Below, one piece after another: positions 16,601 through 16,601 of a stretch of 16,601 bases of DNA. The position numbers and the translations under genes are program-made. The notes beneath the pieces were generated by a model, which saw nothing but the letters and a program-made list of their open reading frames with translations, made no database searches and was not told where the DNA came from. The DNA comes from Candidatus Hydrogenedentota bacterium (GTDB lineage: Bacteria; Hydrogenedentota; Hydrogenedentia; Hydrogenedentales; GCA-2746185), in contig JAYGCN010000252.1 of NCBI GenBank assembly GCA_046583315.1, positions 1-16,601 on the forward strand, in the 5' to 3' direction. How positions within the stretch are numbered: the first letter of the stretch is position 1; each line of letters begins with the position of its first letter.

Positions 16601-16601
16601 A

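Noticed and set aside
1..16601. CRISPR arrays, tRNA/rRNA, IS elements, integrases, defence systems
   Set aside because: By eye I found no regularly spaced repeats, structural RNA signatures, transposase or recombinase motifs, or terminal inverted repeats. Intergenic gaps are short. An Rfam/tRNAscan run would be needed to exclude small RNAs.

Overview
Bacterial chromosomal window. The DUF1559/H-X9-DG and STN-like sequence styles suggest Candidatus Hydrogenedentes or a PVC-like lineage (inference). The ORF track misses the largest gene: a minus-strand ORF from 3667 that runs off the left edge (>1200 aa). It reads as signal peptide + DUF6797-like domain + sugar-dehydrogenase-like beta-propeller + PA14-like domain + at least three CxxCH cytochrome c domains. 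Next come a CHASE hybrid histidine kinase overlapping a secreted neutral ceramidase, a small secreted protein divergent from an ECF sigma/zf-HC2 anti-sigma pair (with a candidate ECF promoter facing the small gene), a LOG-family gene and a frameshifted STN-like remnant. The right part is a minus-strand run: EEP-family protein (partial), GNAT pseudogene in three frames, apparently internally deleted alpha/beta hydrolase, Cys-type sulfatase, DUF1559 prepilin-like protein and a 334-aa secreted hypothetical. I saw no RNA genes, CRISPR arrays or mobile elements. Family assignments come from motif recognition, not database searches.
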